Below the pieces are notes generated by a model. The model was given only the letters and a program-made list of their open reading frames with translations, was not told the origin of the DNA and made no database searches. Positions 58,777-64,000 of a DNA stretch of 64,000 nucleotides are shown here, piece after piece (position 1 is the first letter of the stretch; each line of letters starts with the position of its first letter). Source of the DNA: Candidatus Micrarchaeota archaeon (GTDB taxonomy: Archaea; B1Sed10-29); NCBI GenBank assembly GCA_964579265.1, contig CAZOFO010000003.1:23584-87583 (forward strand). Direction: 5' to 3'. Both the position numbers and the translations under genes were made by a program.

Positions 58777-59625
58777 ATGAAGTTCTTTTACCATGATTCG
58801 TTTGAGAATCACCGAACAGGTTTTAACTGTCCTGAGAATTTCAAGAGGATAGAGAAAGCTCTCTCGTATCTTAGAGATAATCATGAGGAGATAGAACCGG
58901 GAAATAAAGAAGATAGAGTACTTGAGATTCATTCTTCTGATTACGTAGAAAAAGTTAAAGAGTTGTCTGAGACAGAGGGTGTTTCTAAGGTTTCTCCTGA
59001 AGCTTATGTTTCTGAAGGTACTTATGAATCGGCCTGTTACGCTGCTGGAGCTGCGGTGGAAGCTGCAGAATTGGCTTTGGAAAACGAAACTTCTTTTGCA
59101 CTGGTCAGGCCTCCAGGGCATCATGCTCCATTCGGGGGTTTCTGTATATTCAACAATATTGTTGTAGCTGCTGATTATCTGTTGGAAGAGAATAAGAAAG
59201 TAATGATCATTGATACGGATGCACATCATGGTAATGGATCCCAATATTTTCTAAAAAATAGAGAGAACTCTGTTTACTTTTCTATTCACCAACATCCTTT
59301 TTACCCGGGGACTGGAGGTGAATCTGTTGATAATTGCTATAATTATCCTTTGGACTCTGGTTCCGGAGACGAAGAGTTTATTAAGGTAATTGATAATGGA
59401 TTGAGACCTCTTTTGAACTCTTTTGATCCTGATGTGGTCGGGGTTTCAGCTGGATTTGACTCGATGGCTGGTGATCCGGTGACTAATTTAGAGTTAACTG
59501 AGAAGAGCTACGGAGAATTATGTAAATTAATTGAGGATTACAATTCTTTCTTTGTTCTAGAGGGAGGTTATGATTCTGAGAATGTTTTTGAAGGTGTTAA
59601 AGAGATTTCTAATTTCTTTATTTAG
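58777..59625 (+). CDS. Zn-dependent histone deacetylase-family (acetylpolyamine/lysine deacetylase) protein
   Basis: RPPGHHA, GFC-x-FNN, D-x-DAHHGNG, FYPGTG, SAGFD...DP, LEGGY. Confidence 0.93.
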   Translation: MKFFYHDSFENHRTGFNCPENFKRIEKALSYLRDNHEEIEPGNKEDRVLEIHSSDYVEKVKELSETEGVSKVSPEAYVSEGTYESACYAAGAAVEAAELALENETSFALVRPPGHHAPFGGFCIFNNIVVAADYLLEENKKVMIIDTDAHHGNGSQYFLKNRENSVYFSIHQHPFYPGTGGESVDNCYNYPLDSGSGDEEFIKVIDNGLRPLLNSFDPDVVGVSAGFDSMAGDPVTNLELTEKSYGELCKLIEDYNSFFVLEGGYDSENVFEGVKEISNFFI

Positions 59626-59922
59626 GTTCTATCTCTTTTTTTCCTATAGATAGGTCAGGAGATATGATTACTGAGGTCTGTATTTTTTTCTCTTTACCTA
59701 TTCTAAGTTTTTTTAAGTCTCCAAATAGATTTCTCTGGAAAAAAAGTTCTTAACTCCTTTTCCATCTTTTTTCCGGGCAGTATTGGCTTCGAAGAAATAA
59801 TCCTCAGTTGATCTGTCGAAGTTAGGAATCATTTTTTCTACTTTATAGGTGTTTTGGTAGAAAAATGTGAATTGTTGTTTCTGTTTTTCTCTTTCTGGTT
59901 TGTTTTTTTGCTTTGAAAAATA

Positions 59923-60882
59923 TTATTCATCCTGCAGGTATTGGTAGATGCTTTGCACTGCTCTGGATCCTTGGTATGCTGCGGTTATGACTTGTTTGAA
60001 GTTGTTGTTCGTTACGTCTCCTGCTGCGTATACTCCTGGAACGTTTGTACTCATCTTTTTATTTACTTTTATCTCTCCTTTTTCGTTCGTATCTATCTCC
60101 AGGTCCTTCAGGAGCTCCGTGGTTGGGACTCCTCCGATATCTATAAATAGTCCTTCTAACTCTAGCTCTTCGTCTCCTTGGTAGGGGTTATCGAGCACTA
60201 CTTTCTTCATCATCTCGTCTCCCTTCACTTCCTCGACGTTCGTGTTATTTATTATTTCTATCTCTCCTTCTTCCACTTTTTGATATATTTTTTCTTTTGT
60301 TCTTGGTTCTGGACGGATTTCGCCTCTTCTGTAGATTATATAAACTTTTTCAGCGTGTTCTGTGAGAAGTAGAGCTTCTTTTGCCGCGGAGTCGCTTCCT
60401 CCGACTACTCCTACTTCTGCGTCTTTGAAAAGAGGAGCGTCACAGGTCGCGCAGTAACTCACTCCTTTTCCTCTGTATTCTTCTTCTCCTGGTATATCGA
60501 GTTTTCTGTGTTTTCTTCCGGTGGCTATAAGAAGTGATTTTGAGAAGTGCTCTTCACCTTCTTTGTCCAGCACCCTGAATCTTTTTCCGCTTTCTCCGGC
60601 TTCTTCCACATTATTCTCTTCTTCAGCTTCTACCAGTTCGATTCGAGTGGCTTCTTTTTCAGTTACTCCGTTGCCTAGTGATTCTAGATGATTGAGAAAT
60701 TCCTCCGCGAGTTCTTCTCCTTTGAGTTTTCCAAGTCCAGGGTAGTTCTCCACGGTGTGACCTTCTTTTATCGTTCCACCTGGTTCTTCTCCTAATATCT
60801 CTGTATCTAGATTATATACTGAGGAGTAGATTCCTCCTGCTACCCCTGCTGGTCCGGATCCAATGATGATTAGATCTTTCAT
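59923..60882 (-). CDS. trxB: Thioredoxin-disulfide reductase
   Basis: IIGSGPAG, ENYPG, GVSYCATCD, VGGSDSA, AAGD; carries a short acidic insertion. Confidence 0.92.
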   Translation of the reverse strand: MKDLIIIGSGPAGVAGGIYSSVYNLDTEILGEEPGGTIKEGHTVENYPGLGKLKGEELAEEFLNHLESLGNGVTEKEATRIELVEAEEENNVEEAGESGKRFRVLDKEGEEHFSKSLLIATGRKHRKLDIPGEEEYRGKGVSYCATCDAPLFKDAEVGVVGGSDSAAKEALLLTEHAEKVYIIYRRGEIRPEPRTKEKIYQKVEEGEIEIINNTNVEEVKGDEMMKKVVLDNPYQGDEELELEGLFIDIGGVPTTELLKDLEIDTNEKGEIKVNKKMSTNVPGVYAAGDVTNNNFKQVITAAYQGSRAVQSIYQYLQDE

Positions 60883-61032
60883 GTTTAGTGCCTCCAATTA
60901 TTTTTTTGTAGTGTATTCGTGTTGTCAATATATTACTCGTGTTCCAGTTTTTATTTTTGTTGTGGTTTTGAAGACAAAAATTTTAATTTTATAATCTTTG
61001 AGAATAGAGTTTTTTGACATTAAAGAGATGAT

Positions 61033-61239
61033 CTATCTTTTTCTAGAGTGAGCGTAAAGCTTTGTAAGAGCCATAATTAGTAACCCTGTACCTAGACCTA
61101 TGAACAAACCTGCTGGAAGATTACCATGAAGAAAACCTGCTCCCATTCCTATCAAAAGAAATGCTGGGACAAATGCATCTGAATATTTTTCCCAAGATTT
61201 CTCTTTTTCTTTTTCCTCTGTTTCTTTCTCTTCGACCAT
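61033..61239 (-). CDS. Small hypothetical membrane protein
   Basis: Charged N-terminus plus two Gly-rich hydrophobic helices. Confidence 0.6.
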   Translation of the reverse strand: MVEEKETEEKEKEKSWEKYSDAFVPAFLLIGMGAGFLHGNLPAGLFIGLGTGLLIMALTKLYAHSRKR

Positions 61240-61341
61240 ATTACTCTTTTACTCTTACTACGTTATATAATTTTCTCGTTCCTCTATTGGATCATCAAAC
61301 TTTTAAATAGATTCAATACCTTCTTCCACTTGGTGGTAAAA

Positions 61342-62652
61342 ATGGATTACAACAAGAAGAAGAATATAAGAACTCACAAAAATAACGATATAGTTACCGA
61401 TACATCTCTAGTTAACCCTGAACACGTTTCTCAATCAGGTATGTGCTCCATATGCACAATGGAAGGAAACTGCGAAATAGGTAAGAGAGCTAAAACAGGT
61501 GAAACACTGTTCCCGGAACCCTTTGGAACCGCTCAATTCGGAGCAGAAAAGAAGACTCCTTGCCTGGATGATCTTCAGATTATTCCTGAGCTGTACGGTC
61601 CTAGCATAGACTTCGAAGAAGTAAGTGTATCAACGGAGATAGGTAGCTTCGAAGTAGCAGCACCGGTAGCAGTAGCTTCAATGGGATCCACCAAAGTAGC
61701 TCACCAGTACGGGAAACAGTTAGCCGAAGGAGCTGCAAGAGCAGGAATACCCATAGGAATAGGAGAAAATGTCCTAGCGACTTATGGAGAGGAAGTTCTA
61801 AAGGAAAGAATGCAGTCATATATAGATAATTATGAAGGAAAAGGAGCTTTAGTGATACAAGTAAACGAAAATGAACGTAAAAAAGGACTACCTGAAATAG
61901 CTCATTCCATGGGAGCACACGCTCTAGAAATAAAGCTGGGACAAGGAGCAAAGCAAGAACTAGGAGGAGAAATACAGTTTGAAAGTGAGAAAAAAGCCAA
62001 AAAATACAGAGAATGGGGATACAAAGTAAAGAAAACAGAAGATGGGAAATACCAGAGACACGCAAAACCACCAAAACTAAGCGATGAAGTACTTGAAGAT
62101 TATATATTAAAAGCAGCAGAACACGAACTGCCAATATGGGTTAAAACAGGTATAGGAAGAGGAATAAACAAGTTGATAAAGACTATACATGATTTGAACG
62201 AAGAATACGGAGAACTAGTAGAAACACTAACAATAGATGGACACGAAGGAGGAACAGGAATGAGTCCCTGGATAATAATGAATGAAATGAGCATACCAAG
62301 TGCCGCTACATTCAAAAAACTCGAATTCGAACCAAACTTCGATATAATGCTTGCAGGAGGATACAACTCCGGTGCAGACATAGTGAAAGGAATACTAATG
62401 GGTTCTAAAGGAATATCGATGGGAAGAAGTTTCCTAATAGCAGCAGGAACATTCAAAGATGGAGAAAGACTCGGAGCAGAAGGAGTAGAAAACTACGTGG
62501 AAGGGCTGAAAAAAGAACTACAGATGATAACCACCACACTAGACAAAGAAGATATAAACAAGGTAAAAGGAAGAAAAGAAAACTTACTAGCTCTAAGCGA
62601 AGAAGCAGAAAAAATGTTCGGAGTTTCTAGCGATCCAGAAAAAATTCTCTAG
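61342..62652 (+). CDS. Stand-alone FMN-binding glutamate synthase-family protein
   Basis: SGMCSIC, ASMGST, IGEN, EIKLGQGAK..LGGE, IDGHEGGTGMSP, MLAGG. Confidence 0.85.
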   Translation: MDYNKKKNIRTHKNNDIVTDTSLVNPEHVSQSGMCSICTMEGNCEIGKRAKTGETLFPEPFGTAQFGAEKKTPCLDDLQIIPELYGPSIDFEEVSVSTEIGSFEVAAPVAVASMGSTKVAHQYGKQLAEGAARAGIPIGIGENVLATYGEEVLKERMQSYIDNYEGKGALVIQVNENERKKGLPEIAHSMGAHALEIKLGQGAKQELGGEIQFESEKKAKKYREWGYKVKKTEDGKYQRHAKPPKLSDEVLEDYILKAAEHELPIWVKTGIGRGINKLIKTIHDLNEEYGELVETLTIDGHEGGTGMSPWIIMNEMSIPSAATFKKLEFEPNFDIMLAGGYNSGADIVKGILMGSKGISMGRSFLIAAGTFKDGERLGAEGVENYVEGLKKELQMITTTLDKEDINKVKGRKENLLALSEEAEKMFGVSSDPEKIL

Positions 62653-62700
62653 AAAAATCATAAAAACTTTTTATTCACCGCGAGCAATAAAAAAAGCACA

Positions 62701-63651
62701 ATGAAAAACAATAAAACCACAGAGGACTACATAAAGTCGCTTCAGAACCAGAAATACAAAGTGATAGGAAAAAACCAACACTCCGCAGTAAAAACATGTC
62801 ACTGGACAAAGGAATCAATCAAATGCAATGAAAACTGCTACAAACAAGACTTCTACGGAATAGATACCCATAGATGCCTGCAGATGACACCCAACATTTA
62901 CTGCAACCAAAGATGCGTATTCTGCTGGAGATCCTGGGAAGAATCACCAGTAAAAACAGCTCCAAAGAAATGGGATGAACCGGAAGAGATAGTAGAGAAA
63001 TCAATCCAGGCGCAGAAAAAACTACTCTCAGGCCTAGGAGGAATACCAAAAAGAATAGATAAAGAAAAATACGGAGAGTCACAGAAACCTACTCAAGTCG
63101 CAATAAGCCTACTAGGAGAACCCACACTATACCCTTACCTCCAAGAACTCATTGAAAAATACGAGGAAAGAGGAATGACCACCTTCGTGGTATCCAATGG
63201 GATGAACCCACGAATGATCGAAGAGATCGAACCAACACAACTATACCTCTCCCTGGACGCACCAGATAAAGAAAAACACGAAGAAATAAACCAACCACTA
63301 CCTGAAAACTCATGGAAAAAACTACAAGAATCACTGAACCACATGAGAGAAAAAGACAGATCAGTTCTAAGAATAACCGCGATAAAAGAAAAAAACATGA
63401 ATAAACCCGAAAAATACGCTCAAATGATAGAAAGAAACAACATAGACTTCGTAGAAATAAAAGCCTATATGTACATAGGGTACTCAAGGAAAAGACTGGA
63501 ACAGGAAAACATGCCAATGCATCCAGAAGTCAAAGAATTCGCTAAAGAAATAAGCGAACACACGGATTATACCCTAATCGATGAAAAACCAGTATCAAGA
63601 GTAGCACTACTAAGTTCAGGGAAAAAAGAACAAGAAATAAAGGAAAAATAA
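62701..63651 (+). CDS. taw1: Radical SAM tRNA 4-demethylwyosine synthase
   Basis: HSAVK-x-CHWT, CYK..FYGI-x-THRCLQMTP, CNQRCVFCWR, SL-x-GEPT, KAYM-x-IG-x-SR. Confidence 0.95.
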   Translation: MKNNKTTEDYIKSLQNQKYKVIGKNQHSAVKTCHWTKESIKCNENCYKQDFYGIDTHRCLQMTPNIYCNQRCVFCWRSWEESPVKTAPKKWDEPEEIVEKSIQAQKKLLSGLGGIPKRIDKEKYGESQKPTQVAISLLGEPTLYPYLQELIEKYEERGMTTFVVSNGMNPRMIEEIEPTQLYLSLDAPDKEKHEEINQPLPENSWKKLQESLNHMREKDRSVLRITAIKEKNMNKPEKYAQMIERNNIDFVEIKAYMYIGYSRKRLEQENMPMHPEVKEFAKEISEHTDYTLIDEKPVSRVALLSSGKKEQEIKEK

Positions 63652-63686
63652 AAAGATTTGAAGAGCTAAAATCTTTTCTCATCTAT

Positions 63687-63896
63687 CTAAGCTCTCCCAC
63701 CTGCAAGTATAGATGCAGCTACTAGAACAGTGGCTGAGAGCACTACAAATTCTCCTGCTGGTTCAAAACCAGCTAAACTGGCTCCTGTAGACACTACAAA
63801 TATAGTTATGAAGAAGGCCACTATAGAAACTACCAGCATAACTATCGCTGATAGAAGGCTTCTCCCTATTTTTTCCATGGCTTTTCCCATGTTCAT
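63687..63896 (-). CDS. Small two-TM hypothetical membrane protein
   Basis: 69-aa hydrophobic ORF with GGTGA RBS. Confidence 0.7.
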   Translation of the reverse strand: MNMGKAMEKIGRSLLSAIVMLVVSIVAFFITIFVVSTGASLAGFEPAGEFVVLSATVLVAASILAGGRA

Positions 63897-64000
63897 TTAA
63901 ATCACCAACCTAAAATATAACTATTCAACTATAAAAAACTTATCTTTTTCCCATGTTCATTTAAATCACCAACCTAAAATATAACTATTCAACTATAAAA
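63882..64000. repeat. Tandem direct repeat, at least 55 bp identical, 64-bp period
   Basis: 63882-63936 is identical to 63946-64000; the second copy runs to the window end. Confidence 0.9.

Noticed and set aside
59618..59832. Two short overlapping minus-strand frames (MIPNFDRSTEDYFFEAN..., then ...QRNLFGDLKKLRIGKE...) joined at a T7 run, possibly a frameshifted remnant
   Set aside because: No recognisable family, under 80 codons in total; cannot be told from chance without a homology search.
63882..64000. Possible CRISPR array at the window end
   Set aside because: The repeat is at least 55 bp with a 9-bp gap and includes a gene start; it does not fit CRISPR repeat-spacer geometry.

Overview
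Archaeal genomic DNA that is AT-rich, has strongly A-rich coding strands and encodes Glu/Lys-rich proteins. About 56 kb is one almost uninterrupted minus-strand information-processing supercluster: split RNA polymerase genes (H, B'', B', A', A'', D, N, E', Spt4), the str, S10-spc and alpha operons, 41 ribosomal proteins, EF-1a/EF-2, aIF1/aIF2g/aIF5B, SecY, Cbf5, KEOPS Kae1/Bud32 and GluRS. It is interrupted by one plus-strand island encoding the Aeropyrum-type archaeal mevalonate pathway. Seven tRNA genes are present. T-loop tRNA introns and divergent uS12/RNAP motifs suggest a fast-evolving DPANN-type lineage, possibly Micrarchaeota/Iainarchaeota-like; this is inference only. No CRISPR array, rRNA gene or mobile element was seen. 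The most notable observations are: (1) the same 50-aa domain fused to both eS6 and uS4 with reciprocal charge swaps; (2) a structured intergenic RNA upstream of aIF5B with a 13-nt exact complement of the archaeal 16S rRNA 5' end; (3) three tRNAs with exactly 35-nt BHB introns at T-loop position 59/60; (4) K-turn leaders; (5) substitutions in near-invariant catalytic motifs of uS12, RNAP, mevalonate kinase, Cmk and a KaiC-like ATPase. Several CDS starts were moved downstream from the ORF track to the ATG that follows a (G/A)GTGA ribosome-binding site. All protein calls are from motif recognition, with no database search.
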